Of a stretch of 64,000 nucleotides of DNA, positions 17,489 through 32,400 are shown one piece after another. The number at the start of each line of letters is the position of its first letter. The first letter of the stretch is position 1. The DNA comes from an uncultured Clostridia bacterium (lineage in GTDB: Bacteria > Bacillota > Clostridia > Christensenellales > UBA1242), in NCBI GenBank assembly GCA_934746715.1, contig CAKVFI010000002.1, positions 142,425-206,424 of the forward strand, written 5' to 3'. Below the pieces are notes generated by a model that was not told the DNA's origin, made no database searches, and was given only the letters and a program-made list of their open reading frames with translations. Position numbers and translations under genes: made by a program.

Positions 17489-20400
17489 GGCAACAGATAC
17501 AAAAACATGGAATTTGAAGTTCAATATGCTTTTGTTGATGAAAATGGAGATGTTGGCCAGTGGTGTGATGCTGGGCAAACTCTTTCATTGAATTTTGGAC
17601 ATAAGCTTGATGATTTAAAATTTGATGAGTTTGGAAATGCAAATCTTGTGTTTAAAATCAACATTAAAAATGTTAAGGCAAAATACATAGATGATTTGAT
17701 AGTTTATGACGGCAATTCTTTGTCATCAAAAATTGTTAAACAAGATGAAACTTTTTCTCTTAACATAAATGGGACAATGTCTTCTTCAATCCGCATTTAT
17801 GAAACAAAGTCAGGGAAAGAAACAAGTTTCCGCTTAAATATTTTTGAAAGTTTAAAAAACATAACCACAAATTATAATTACAAACCAGCAATTGTTGTTG
17901 GACAAACAGTTAAATTAAGCAAACTTGTTAGTGCAAATCAAAGCAAAAGTGTGTTGTTATTTGACCCTATCAACACCAATCAAACCGCGGTTGACTTTTC
18001 GATTGTTGATTTTGGCTATTACGACGACGGTCAAAATTGGATTGCAATTAAAGACGCTGCAGCTGGCGTTGATTTTGCAAAAATTGAAAATGGAGAATTG
18101 CAAGTTAAAGCTAATTACAATGCAAGCCTTCAACCAGTGATTAGGATTAAGGCTTCTTCTGCTGTTTATGAAGGTGAAGATGAAATAAGTTCAATTTTTG
18201 ATGTGTATGTGATTGAAAATTTAAATAGCACAAACGCACCAGTTTTGACAGAAAGCCCAGACACAACTGCTGTGGTGAGTGAAAAAACTTTGTATGTCAA
18301 CGATGAGGTTGAATCAAAATTCAAACTTTATGCTGGTATTGACAATATTGACAAACAATACAGCAGCAAATACATTGATGGCGTTGTTACCGCAACAGGT
18401 GAAAAAGCATACTATGGTTTGAACGTTTATGTTGACGGCAAATTGATTGATATTAACGACAACAATTATCATGGTATAAGAATTCAATTGTTGAAACAAG
18501 CATCTTCAAAAGATGAATTGCTTAAAAACTTGTTCCAATACGAAATTAGTGCAGACGAAAACACTTATTTAACCTATCCAAAATGCACTATTAAATTTGA
18601 ACTTTCGGTTTATGGCTTGGATTATGTTGAAGAAACACCAAAATATTCAGCTTCAATCAATATCATTAAGCGCAGCATCGTTAAAAATGTAACTCTTAAT
18701 GGAGAAACAAGTGCGACATATACTTCTGGTGAAGTTTATTCAACAACCAATTCAACTTCAAGCCAAACTGGGCTTAATTTGATTGTTGATGTTGCTCCAA
18801 ACGATAATATGAGCCACTGGGTGCTTATTAGTGCCACAGAGGGTTTAACTTTGACAGGCAACGGCATTGTTACCCTTGACCACATTCAAAAAATTGGCAG
18901 TTATGATTACACAATGGCTGTGATGAACGGCTCAAACATCAATGTTAATTTTGCAAAAACAGGCGCAGTTGCTGGGCAATTGAGATTTGTAACACTCAAA
19001 AAAGCAAACTCTGATGAGGCTGCTGGTTACACAAGTGTGTATGAATTTAATGTTGAAAAAGTTGTTACTGCAAACAAATTTGAAGTGCTTTCAAGCGCCG
19101 ATGGAGATGTTGACTTCACAAACAACACAATTTTAACAGACGCTAATAGTTTAACCAATGTATTTTTAAAGGTTTATTATTCTGGTAACAAGCTTTCAAC
19201 AAAGACAATTGATTTGAACTTGCCAACCAATTCAAAGTTTAAATTTTTAAATGGTGCATCGGCTATTAACCTTGACAAAGATTTTGCAGGTGCGGGCATT
19301 TCAACAATCTTAACAAAACAGGGCACAGATACTGCTGGCGAATTTTATGATGTTTATCAAATTCCAATCAAAGCAAGCAAAGAATTAACGGAAGATATTG
19401 TTACAATTTCTGCTGGCAAACAAGGCAACTTTGCTTTGTTTGAAACAACTTTTGGTTTAAAGAGTGTGTTTGTTGCATCTAATGATGAATTTGTTGTTCA
19501 AACAGAAGGTGAAAACATCTTTAATTTGGGCAAAAATCGTTACGCAGTTATCAACAACTCAAATGTTAAAAGTGAACTTTATTTTGGGCAACTCATTTCC
19601 GGCACGTTTAATCAATCAACAATTGCAAATGTGGAAATGACAAGGTTGGGAGATGGCGACAATTTTTCTCAATATGCAGTTGATTTTATTGCCTTGGGCA
19701 AAATTGGCAGTGTTAACAAATTCCAAATTTGGGGAGCTCAAGGGGACAAAATAACTCGTTTCCAAGCCACAATTAGTTATTACATTAAAGACGGCGATAT
19801 TATAAAGCAAGCACCACAAAAAGTTTTGGAATTTGAAATAGCTGTTTACAACAATGTGAATAGTATTGACCTTAACTTTAAAGCAGGCAGCTCAAATGAA
19901 GTTGTGTACATCAACTCAAAATATCCACAAGCTGCAACCACAACATTTAACTTTAAATCAAGAAGTTTGATTGCAACACCTTCAAACACAATTGTGTTTA
20001 GTGGTGAAGACAATGTGATTTCAAATGTTAACCAACTTAAATTGAGTTGTGCTGGTGATTTGCAAGCAGTTGAAATTTATTGCGGAACTGAAAAACTTGA
20101 AATTGACACTAATGGCAATGTTTTAAATTATTTGCCTTCTCTTTCTGGCGAAATATCTGTTAAATTGATTAAAAAGCCAGAACTTGCAGTTAAATATGTT
20201 ACATTGACATTGTCGGCATATAGTTTTGACACAAAACTTCCTGTTTCATCTTCCGTTACAATTGATTTTGGCGAGTATGTGCCTTCAACTGGTGTGGAAT
20301 TAAGCGGCAAACAATTGGTTAATGAAAACAACACGGCAAATTTGTATTTGTCATTTATTGATGTTGAAGACGGCGGATATGCAGTTGCAGAGTTTAATGC

Positions 20401-23400
20401 CGCTTTGGTTTACAGCAATGTTTATGGTCAAAAATATGACGATATAGATTATGTACTTTATCAAATTCAACAGGACGACAATGGCAACCCAGTTTTGGTT
20501 GACGGCAAATATTCAATTGTTGAACTTTCAAAAGCAGACAATAGATTGAGTGTTGACATTTTAAAGGCTCAAAATCGTGTTAGTTTAAAAGCTGACAAAA
20601 GTTTGGGTGGTGGAATTTATCTTTTAAGACTTGTTGCCATGGATTCATTTAATGATTTGACAGGCGAGTATGAAAAATACGCTGATGTGGTTGTTACAAT
20701 CACAGACGGTTCAGTTAAAGCAAGATATCGCATTGCAAGCGTTGAAGATTTTAAAAACATCAAAAACAACTTAAATGCAAATTATGTTTTAACAAAAAAT
20801 TTAACAATTGATGACCACACTTCTTTTGGCAATTTTTCTGGCAGTTTGAGTGGTAAAAATATCTCTTACTCAACCAGTGGTAATATTGTTGAAACAGAGC
20901 GTAGTTTGAAAATAACAATTGTTGCTCCAACAGTTGGCACAGACAATTTTTATGCAGGTATTTTTGCACAACTTAAAGGTTCAGCAAGTGTGGCTGATTT
21001 AACGGTTGATGTAAGTTTTAAATTTAAGGACGACATCACAAAAACTGATGCAAACAATTTGGTTTACATTGGTGGCTTGGCAGGTGCTGTTGAAAAAGAT
21101 GCAGTCATCAAAAATGTTAAAATGTCAACCAACTTTGCAGGCATAAGATTGAATAAGGACAAAATTCAAACAGCAGTGTTTATTGGTGGTGTGGCTGGTG
21201 AATTTGCTGGCTCAATCAATTTGAGTGATTCACCAGTTATTGCAAAAGGTGGCATTCAAGCATCTTTAACAACTAAACTCAACATTGGTGGCGTTGCAGG
21301 CAGATTAATTGGCGAAGTTAAAGGCAATGGAACAGAGTTGGAAGCATTAAAGTTTGACCTTGGCATTTCCGTTAAACTTGAAAGCATTGATTCAACAACA
21401 ATAAATGATGTTAACATTGGCGGTGTGGCTGGTGTTGCAAACGTTCAAAATTCAAGCACACCAAAAATTGACGGCTTTGTTGTTATGGGGCAAATTGATG
21501 CAACAAATTTAAGGGCAAAAGGCAATCTGGCTGGCGTGGTTGGCAGTGCAAACAATGCACAAATTTCAAATATCGCGTTGGTTGGTGTTAACATTGACGC
21601 AACAAACATCACTGGGCAAACATTGTATGCCGCTGGTGTTGTGGGGTCGGCTCAAACATCAAATATCAGCAATGTTAAATTCTTGTCATTTAGGCTTGAA
21701 GATGATTTAAGTTTGGCACTTTCAATTGCAAAAAATAAAAATCTTGGCTATGTTTCAAACGTTAATGGCATTGCAGCAGGCATTGCAGCAAATTCCGACG
21801 CAACAACATCTATAATGTTCTGTGCGATGGATAGTTTTGTTAAAAATGGCTTATTCTATTCTCTCAATGCAGACACTGTTTATGGCATAGCAAACAAGGG
21901 CAACATTCAACAATGTTATGTCCGTGCAAATTTAAAAGGCTCAGAAAATAAAATTTATTATATTGCCGGTGGAGATGCTTCTGCGGATTGGGCAACTGAA
22001 AATTGCTACTTTATTGGCAAACAATCTGCTGCTGCAAAATCAGTTGTTGCAAGGCAAACATATATTGTGGTTTATGGCACAAAAGAGGATAACACTGAAT
22101 ATTTGTCAGTTAATGGCGTTGAAATTAATTTTGGCACTTACAACAAAGAAAGTGAAAATGAATATCTTATCCCTGGCATTGACGCAAACATTTGGGGGCA
22201 ACAACAATCGTTCAATACAGTTATAGTTAATGGCTACACTTTCTATTTCCCATATTTAAAAAGCAACTTAACATTGATTCCAACTGATATTACAACAGTG
22301 TTTGACAAGGAATATATTAAAGGTATTTATTCTTTATATAATGATAATTATAATAATAATGTAAACACAGACAAACGCGATGATGAAAACAACATCATCA
22401 AACATCAAATAACAGAAACAGTTATTGTTAACTACTATAATGACATCAACAACCCAACAAACAATGTGGCAAGGAATATACACAATTTGTCTGATTTGGT
22501 TAAATTAAACAAAGTTCCAAATCACGAAAAAACAATTGGGGCAGTTGTTTACAAAATTATTAATGGTGGCAATTATGCTTCTATTATTGGCAACAGTCAA
22601 ATTTACTTTAAAGGTGTAACTGGTGCAAATGATTATGTTTTGGTTAAAGCATATTCAGTTTTCAATCCAGACGCTTGTGATTACTTTTTGATTTACACAC
22701 AATATTGGTTCAGTGATATTGTGATTGAAGGCAACGATGTGCAATCAGTTGGCAACAACTATGTTTTGGATGCTTACAAAGGGGCACAAAACATTGAATT
22801 GTACCTTTCAGCAATCAATGAAAGGAAAAATGACGACGCAGTTTACTCCAACTTGTTTGACGTTGCAAACATTCAAGAGTTTGTCGAAATTGAAACAAAC
22901 ATTTTGGACGAAACAAACTCTATTGTAACAATTTCAAACAATCCAAATTTGTTTAACAGATTTGTTTTGAGTTTTAAAGACGATTCAAACGAAAGTTCAA
23001 AAACAGAAACTATCACGTTTAAAATCAAATTTAATTTAACCAAATATTTTGGTGAAAATATATTTGATTATCAAAAAGATGGTGATGGCAATTACATTTT
23101 GGACGCAAACGGAAACAAAATCCCTCAATATCTTGAAATTGGAGCAAAAACATTAAATATCAACATCAGTGAAACAGCAACTGACCTTGAATTTAACACC
23201 GAACATTTGGAAGGTGAATCAAAGGAAAACTTTGCTTTTAATGCAACACTTTACACTGGCTTTGTTGCAAAATATGATGAAGTAAACAAACCAGAAAACA
23301 ACACATTGGTTAAAGTTAATGCTAACAACAATGTTGTTGAGTTTGTTGAAAACAACCATGATAGTTTGGTGATGAATTTTGAAGTTAAAGAAGGGCAAAC

Positions 23401-26400
23401 AGAATTTGAGCGCTTGCTTAATCAAGCAGGTGTAACCAACCTTGTTGATTTGTTTGACTTTAATGTTTTGAATACATTTAATGCTTCAAACAAAACTTAC
23501 AATTATCGCATTTCAATTCAACTTAAAGACACTTATGTAACAAGATATTTAACACAAACAATTAAATTTGGCATAAAAGTGTTTGCAAAAACAAACTCTG
23601 CAATTGATGGTGGAACAACAATTGATTTGATTATCAACCCAACAAGGTTGTCATCAAGCATTGTGATGAACAACTATGCAGCAACAAGCGCAGAATCAAT
23701 GGGCAACTACACTCACTTAATTACTTCCAGTCAAGTTGAAACAGCAAATATAACTCCAGGTGGCAATGGTGGCGTGCTTGCAATCCGCATGCAACCAAGT
23801 TATGCTTATATCAAGCAAGTTACATTAAAAAGCAGTGAGTTGTTTGTTCCAAGTTTAAACTCAAATGTTAAAGTGCGTTTTGAACAAATCATTTTGCACA
23901 AAGGGTTAAATAAATATATAAGCATTAGCCCAGCGTGCGATTTAACAGACGATTTGTTGGGCATTAAATTAAACCTTGCAACAAGCACAACTGATGGCAT
24001 AACTTACGAGTTTGATGGCACAATTTATGTTCATGTTGTGTTGGACAAAAAGTTTAGTGGTTTGGCAGATGAAATCCGCTTAACACTTGATGTAACCAAT
24101 GCTGATGACACTCATATTGTAAAAACAAAATCTTTAATAACTGACTTCTTGCCGGGTGTTGACCTTGAATTTGACAAAAATTATCAAACAAGTGCGCTTA
24201 TTGATGGCAAAGCAGTTGAAGGCTATTTAATCCAACAAAATTCAACAAACAACATTGTTACAGTTAAAATTTATGGTTATCAATTTAACGCAAACCCAAC
24301 TGTTGAAATTAAATATTTGGACGGCACTGGCGTTGGCACAGAAATTGATTATCAATGGCTGGATAAATACAGCGAACTTAAACCAAACGCAGACGGCTCT
24401 TACTCAATGCGCCTTAAAATTGCAGTTAGAACCAACATCGAGCAACCATTTAAAGTGGTTGTAAAAATGAGTTTGGCAACCAACTCTCAAATAACCAGCG
24501 AAGCAAAAGAAATTAATTTCTTCCCAACTGATTATATTTTGAATGTTGAAAACACAAAATTTGAATTTAATTCAATTTTAAATTTGGCAATCAATCAAGC
24601 AAGAGATTTAAGTTTTGTTTTTGCAACAAATAATTCAACATTGGATTTGTCAAACGAAATTTACAAAGCAATGATTGAAAGCATAAAAGCAGAAATCAAA
24701 ATTGCAAATCCAGAATTTGATGATGAGCAAATTAAAATCGCTACATATCAAAAATTGATGTCCTTGTTTAGTTATCGTGTTGACGAAACTGGCAAGATTG
24801 CAACTTTTGATGAAGACAACGATTACTTTGCAGTTGCCACAACAAACTACGGCAGTGGTGAAAACAATCAAACATATTTGCGTTTAACAGCAAAAGGCAA
24901 GTTTGAAACAACTGCAACTTTCAAAATTGGTTATGATTACGTTTGGAATAATGGTGTATTTAATCTTAAATTTGGCACACCAAATCAAAACACATATCCA
25001 CACATGATGGAAATCAGTTTTGACATGAACTTTTACACAGCAACCACTCGTCAATCTGCATTTGCAATCAGCAGTGCAGAAGATATGTTTGACACATCAG
25101 GCAATTGCTTGCTTGGTGAAGGGCAAAACTACGTTTTAACAAACGATATTGTGGTTGAAATTGCAAAACCAATCACAACAAAAATTGCAAGTTTGGACGG
25201 CAACAACAAAAAGATTATCATCAAAAACTTTGTTGTTGAAACAACTGACAGCGAAGCTACAACATATTTGGGTTTGTTTGCCCAAGTTGATGAAAGCACA
25301 ATGCTTTACAATGTTGTTGTGGATTACTCTCAATTCAACACAAGTTCAAACGGACAATTAACACTGGCTTATGATGGCCTTAACAACATTGTGTTTGGCG
25401 GTTTGGCTGGTGTTAACAACGGGCTTATTTACAACTGCGATGTTGTAAATGCAGGTTCAAGCAACAAAACAATTAATTTGTTGATTAACAATTCCGCTGC
25501 AACAAGTTTGACATTTGGTGGTTTGGTTGGCATCAACAATGGCACAATCACCAACTCTCGTGTTGGAAGAAGTGAATTTACAAAAATTATTGCAAACGAC
25601 AATTCTCAAACAAGTTACACCGAACAATTTAAACCATTAAATTTTGTGTTTGGTAACCGCACAACAAATGTTGGTCAGGGCTTTAAATCAAACATTGGTG
25701 GCTTTGTTGGCGTAAACAATGCAGACACAGCAATTGCAAGTTCCTATGTTGCAAACACAAGTTTGTTCACATACTCCACAAATGCAGAAAGCAAACTTGC
25801 CGGCTTTGTGGCAGAAAACTATGGCAGAATTTCTTATAGTTATGTTAAAGGGCTTGAAAGTACAATAACAAATGACAATCCTTATTCAACTGGTGCAAAA
25901 GTGGAAGCACATGCCGATGCTAATATTGCTGGCTTTGTTTATGAAAACATGGCGGGTGCAAACATTAACAACAGTTTTGCAAACATTGAACTCGTTTCAA
26001 AATCTGCATTTATGGCTGGCTTTGTGTTCCGCAACAACAGTGGGGCAACAATTGCTCAATCTTATGCAGCATGTACACTTACAAATGTGGACAAAACCAC
26101 AAGTGCAACAATCACACCAGAACAACCTTTTGTTGGTGCTGACACAACGGGATTGTTGTCGTTTGGCACTATTCAAAATTGTTATTGGCTTAAAGACGAA
26201 ACAAACAAACAAAACTTTATTGTTGCAGAAGAGTCCGGCAAAGACCAAGCAACAGGTTTAAACGCTGCAAATTTTGAAGAAACTTCAAACTTAATCAACT
26301 TTGTGTTTGTTTTAAGCAACAGCAAAAATGATAGAGATGAAGGTGTTTGGTCATTCTACAACAACAAAGGCAACATGGTAAGGTTGCCAGAACTTACAAA

Positions 26401-29400
26401 TGCAAACAATGTTGCACATTCATTTAGATATGAATCAAGTTTGAGCAGCGAAACAGAAGCTAAATATACTTACGCAACAAAATTTGCTTTGGGCACAAAA
26501 AACAACCCAGACACAATCAGTTCTGTGCAAGAATTTAATGATGTGTTTACAAAATATGGCAGTGCAAACAAATTTACTGGTTATGTTCGCTTTATTGCGG
26601 ATATAGACTTTGCAAGCGACAAAACAGCAATTCAAACAAGGCGTCAATTCACATTGGGCAACAATTATGGTGCAGATAGTTTGGATGCAAAAACAAGTGT
26701 TGATGGCAATGGCATGACAATCAGCAATATCTATCTTGATGTTGGTGAAGATAGAGAAGAAAGTGTTGGTTTGTTTGCAAAAATAAACCAAGCATATGTT
26801 AAAAACTTAAATTTAAACTTCTCGGCTGGGGAGTTTAGTACTGCAAACGCAATTTACTCTGGTGGTTTGGCGGGCAGAATAACTGATTCTGTGATTATCA
26901 ACATCACTCTCGATGGTGCAAACACAACCATTCAAGGAGCAAATATGGTTGGTGGTATGTCTGGTTTGATTGAAGGGCAAAGTTTGGTTTATGGTATTTC
27001 TTCAAACTTAAGCGTTTCAACAATCCTTTCAAACACAACTGAACTTTACAATCCAACAAAACAAGCAAACAGCACAAACAATAGTTACGCAAAAACATTG
27101 TCTTACGCTGGTGGTATTGTTGGTGTTGCAGATTTGACATCGCGCTCATATTCAAGAGAAAATTACAATTTATCTTACCTTTACATTAATGATAACGGCG
27201 TTTCAACAAACGAATCGTTAACAATTTTGGCAGACTACGCAGGTGGTGTGGCTGGCTATGTTGGCAAAGATGTTAAAGCATTAAGGCTCTCCTTCAACGT
27301 GGGCACTAACAACCGCATTAATGGTCAATATTCAGCGGGCGGTTTGTTTGCGGCAAGCATAGGGGCTTCAGTTGAAGCATCAAAAGTTAGTGCACTTGAT
27401 GATGACGAACATCAATTTAAGTTCGACAAAACTTTGGCAACCTATGTTCTTGATATGTCAAAAGATTTGGACACCGAAAATTTGGGCAACACAAGTTTGA
27501 TTGAATCCTATCAATATGGCGGCGGTTTGATTGGCTTGAGTGTTGGCTCAACAGTGTTCTCTTGTTACAGCAAAGCAAGTTTTTATGCAGGCAATGTTAT
27601 TGGTGGTTTGATTGGCCTTGATGTTATGTCAACTTACAATTACAACTACGCAGTGCCTTTCATCAACTTTGCAACTGGCAACATGGGAGAATTAACTTAT
27701 GTTGGCGGCTTTATTGGCAGAGCGGAAGACGCAACAAGCGCAAGTTTTGGTTTGATTTACACAGGTTTAAACAAAAAAGTTGCTGGTCAAAGTTATTTGT
27801 TCTCAACCATTTTGTTGGACCAAAATGCATACAGCCAAAAGGTAACAGATTTGCAAGCAGAAGGTGTAACTTATTCAGTTAAGTTCAACAACTTTATTGC
27901 AGATGACAAAGTTTTAAATCACATTGTTTCGCAAGTTTATGTTGGCAAAGTTAATTACAACAGTTCAAAAGTTAACATCAATTCAACCACAACAACCGGC
28001 ACAACAACAGAAAACATTTCAAAATTATACAATCTTGATGTGCCAGATGTTCAACTTGCAACTTACACAAAAATCTTTGAAATTTGGGACACAAAATATT
28101 GGAATTTGGAAACAAACACAAGATATTTCCCATTGCTCACAGATGAAAGAACAAACAATTATGAAATCATTAAAGATGTTTCTGATATAAACAAACTTAA
28201 AAGCAATCCTACTGGCAGATTTAAAGTTATAAACGATATTGATATGACAGGCTACTATGGCGGCGAAAACTTTGTGTTTGATTTTACATTTGAAGGTGCT
28301 TTGGTTGGTGAAAAAGAAGATGGAACAACTCCAAAATTGTATAATCTCAATGTGAGAGCAAGCAATTCAGGTGATGATGCTGGTTTGTTTAGGGGCACAA
28401 AAGGTGCAACTTTCCGCAACTTGGAATTTTCTTGGATGGAAAATGGCGTTGGCAAAAACAGCAGCAGTAGTGTTAACATCAAAAACTTTGCAGCATTCAG
28501 TGCAAAAGATGGAACAACAAAAGATGAAAACAATCAAAGTGTCAGCACAAGAATCGAAGCAGTGAACATCACTGTTGGCAGAACAATCAGCGATGAATGT
28601 CGCAATGGTGCGGAATTGTTTAAAACAGGCAGCTCAATAACCGGTTTTGCAGGCATGATTTTTGAGGCGGAAGGCACAAGCATTATTAATTCAGGTTTTT
28701 CAGGCTTGGTTAGTGCAACAATTGCTTCTTCAACCGCCCCACAAGTTTATGTTGGTGGTTTGATTGGCTCTGGCGAAACAGATTTAAGCAATCCAGGTGA
28801 AAACACAATGAGTTTGGTTAACTGCTATATTGGTGCAGTTCAACAAACAAAATTTGAATTTAATTTAAATTCAGCAAAACAAAGTTCAATTGGTGTTGTG
28901 GCTGGCAAATTGACAAATTCAGCAGTAACAGGCGTAACAGTTGAAAATGATTACAGCACATTAAACAAACAAATTGGCGTTAAAATCACACTTGGCACTG
29001 CGGCAAATGCAAATTTAAGCGTTGCTGGTTTGGTTGGCTTGGTTGAAGATTGTCAAATTGAAAGCAACACAGTTTTGATAGATATCAGTTTGAAAAATGC
29101 CGAAGCAAATTCAAATCGCAATGTTTTGGTTGCTGGTTTGGTTGGCGAATATAGATTGTCAACAAGCAACTCTGGCAGAGCAATTTCAAACAACAATGTT
29201 CAATCAATTATTAGTGCAGAAAACAACAATTTAACCTTTGCTTCTGTTGGCGTTGCATGGTTAAATAGTTCAAACAAAACAATTTTTGAGCAAAATGTGT
29301 TTGATGGCAAAATTTCAACACAAGGCAACGCGTATGTTGGTGCTGTTGTTGGTTACGCATCTTACAATCAAGATGAAAATCACATTGCACTCAACCCAAA

Positions 29401-32400
29401 TGTTGACAACAACAGTGTTAAGATATTGATTGACCAAGTTGTTTCAAATGTGGATATCTATGGTGAAATGAACAATGCATTGAGCACAAACAAATACTTT
29501 GCTGGTGGTGTTGTTGGTTACGCAAACGGCACAGTAACATTAAGCAACACAACAAACATGGGCAAAATTGTGCCAACAGCAGAAGGCACAAAAGCAAGCA
29601 ATGTTAACTATAATATCGGTGGCTTAATTGGTTGTGCAAAACAAGTTGTTTTGGCAAACAGCAGTTTTACTTTCAGTTTGGCAACAATATTAACAAACAA
29701 CTTAACAAAAGATGCAATCACATATGCAGAAGACTACTTAAACAACAACTTTAGAACAATCGGTGCATTGTTTGGCTATCTTGCAAAAGCAGACGATTCT
29801 TACAATTTGTTTGTTGGTGATGATGAAAATTTAACAAGATATTCGTCATCTGCAAACAAATCAAGTTTAACTTCTGATTTGTTTTATTCAACTGACTTTG
29901 CTCTTGTGCCAGAAAACACAATGTTGGGCACAAACTTGGCGGCTGGCACATTGATTAACACAACGGGTTATCAACAAAATGCAATTCAATCAGGTTTGTG
30001 GGCAAATTCAAACGGAAGTTCAAATGTGCCTTACTTAACAAGCATGGTTTCATCAATGCGATTGTTGGGTATTATCGACAACACAACAAACAGTTATGTT
30101 GCAGGTTCGGTTGCAAATCCATTGTCTGGTTACACAAATTCAAGCAACAACTATTATTATTTGATTAATAGCAACGGATTTAATGTTGACAGCACATTTA
30201 AAGGTATTGCAGTTGGCACTGGTGCAGTTTTAAACAGCAATCAATTTTACATTGGCACTATTGATAGTGAGTCAGCAGTGTCAAATATTCACATTGAGTA
30301 TGCTCCACAAACTGGAGAAGCAAATGTTAATGTTTTAAAATCAATTGTTGGCACAAACAATGGCGTTATGTTCAACTGCTCAATTTCTGGCGATGTTGAT
30401 GAAGTGCAAAGTGCAATGGGCTTGTTGGTTAACAACAACAATGGCATGCTGTCTTACAGCAATTCATCTGCAGATATAAAATCAACAGTTAGTGTTAGTG
30501 CATTAACAAACACAAACCGTGGAACTATTAACAGTTGTTATGTTTCTGGCAACATTACAATCAAAGCAAATACTACAGGTGTTGGTTATGCTTTTGCTGC
30601 AACAAGCGAAACAACAAACAACTATATTTACAACAGTTATGTTTCAGGTTACGTTAACAGCATTGCAGAAAATGGCTCTTCAATGACTGGCAACAAGGCA
30701 GAAACATATGGCTCAAACAACTATATTGATGGCTTGTCAACGCCAAAAAATGAGTTTAAGTCAGCACAAGACTACGTTGCATTGGTGCAAACAGCAATGT
30801 TGATGGAAAACACAAACAAAATGTTGGCAGGCAATTGGTTTACAACTGTAAACGATCAAAAATTAAACACAGCAAGCACAACTTTTGCTTACAACTACAA
30901 TTACCCAGTTTACAACTTTAACAAGTACGCAATTGAAGCGGAGGGTGAAGAACTTAAAGTTCAAAATCTTGTTAATGCTAGACAAACGGGTTCAGGCGAA
31001 CAAACTAACAAATTCCAAGTTTCAACTTTGGGTGTGTTGGCTTCTGTTCAAGGCTTGCTTGATAAACAAACAAAATATTTTAAACTTACACATGATTTGG
31101 ACGGCAACATCAAATTGGTTAAAGACAACAATGGTGTTGTATCCGAAATTTCAAACATCAATTGGACAGCGGTTGGTTTAAATTCAACAGTTGGTGGCTT
31201 TGCAGCCGTAAGCACTGGGTTTAATGGCAATTTTGATGCTTCAATTGAAAATGCGGTTGCAGGTGGAAATGACAAACATATCATCGCAAATTTAAATGCA
31301 AATGGTTTGTTTGCAAACATCAACAATGCAACAATCGGCAATTTGAAATTGGAAGGCATATTTGACAATCTCAAAAATTCTGGTGCACTTGGCATGGATG
31401 TTTCAGGTGTGGTTCAAGTTACAAACATTGATGTTTCTGCTCTTGAAGTTATTGGTTCAGAAAAACTTGGCGTATTGTTTGGTTCAATTGACTTTAAAGA
31501 TGGTCAATCTGGGCAGGTTAACGTTGGTGAAGAAAACGGAAAAATTGGTGTTGTAACCTGCTATGGTGGAAGTGTTCAAACAGGCATTGACACTCAAGTT
31601 GCAACAGCAACAAACAAAGGTGAAAGCACTGTTGGTTTGATTGCTGCAACCAACGCTGGCGAAATTAATGTGTTTAACGGCGATGAGGACTTAAACATCA
31701 AATTTAACACAACTTACGATGCTGTTTGCGGCGGTTTGGTTGGTGAAAACTCTGGTTCGATTGCTGCAAATCAAGCAGATACAAAAATCATTATTCAAAC
31801 ATCAGCAAACCACAAAGTTATTGGTGGTTTAACAGGTTTGGCTACTGGTGGTTTAATTTCAAACTTCACTGTTATGTTTGATTTTGCAGATATAGCAATG
31901 CCAATGTTAACTGCTTCAACATTTGGCGGTTTAGTTGGCAAGGCAACTGGTTCAATAGAGTTAACAAGTTGCTCAATCAATGAAGAGCGTTGTGAACTTT
32001 TGTACATTTTTGGCAACAATTACTTTGGTTTGGTTGTTGGCGAATTGAGTGAAAACGGCAAATTAACTTTGGACACTTCATTAAAAATTAGTTCAACTTA
32101 TTGTGGCGTAAATTCTTTGGGCTTTGGCGGCATTGTTGGTTCAATGGACAACAAAAACTGCGGAATTTATGTAACAGGCAGCCTTGAACAATTTGCTCCT
32201 GTTTTGGCATCACAATCAATAGCGGCAGAAAGCGCAACAAATGGCACTGGCGGTTTGATTGGTCGTTACGTATGCTCTGGCAACAGCAATGAAGGTGAAA
32301 CAGAAGATGTTATTAAAGGTGGCGAAATTCAATTTGGCTCAAAACCTGGCAACATTGTCATAGGTGGAACAACCAATGTTGGTGGTGCAATTGGTTATGC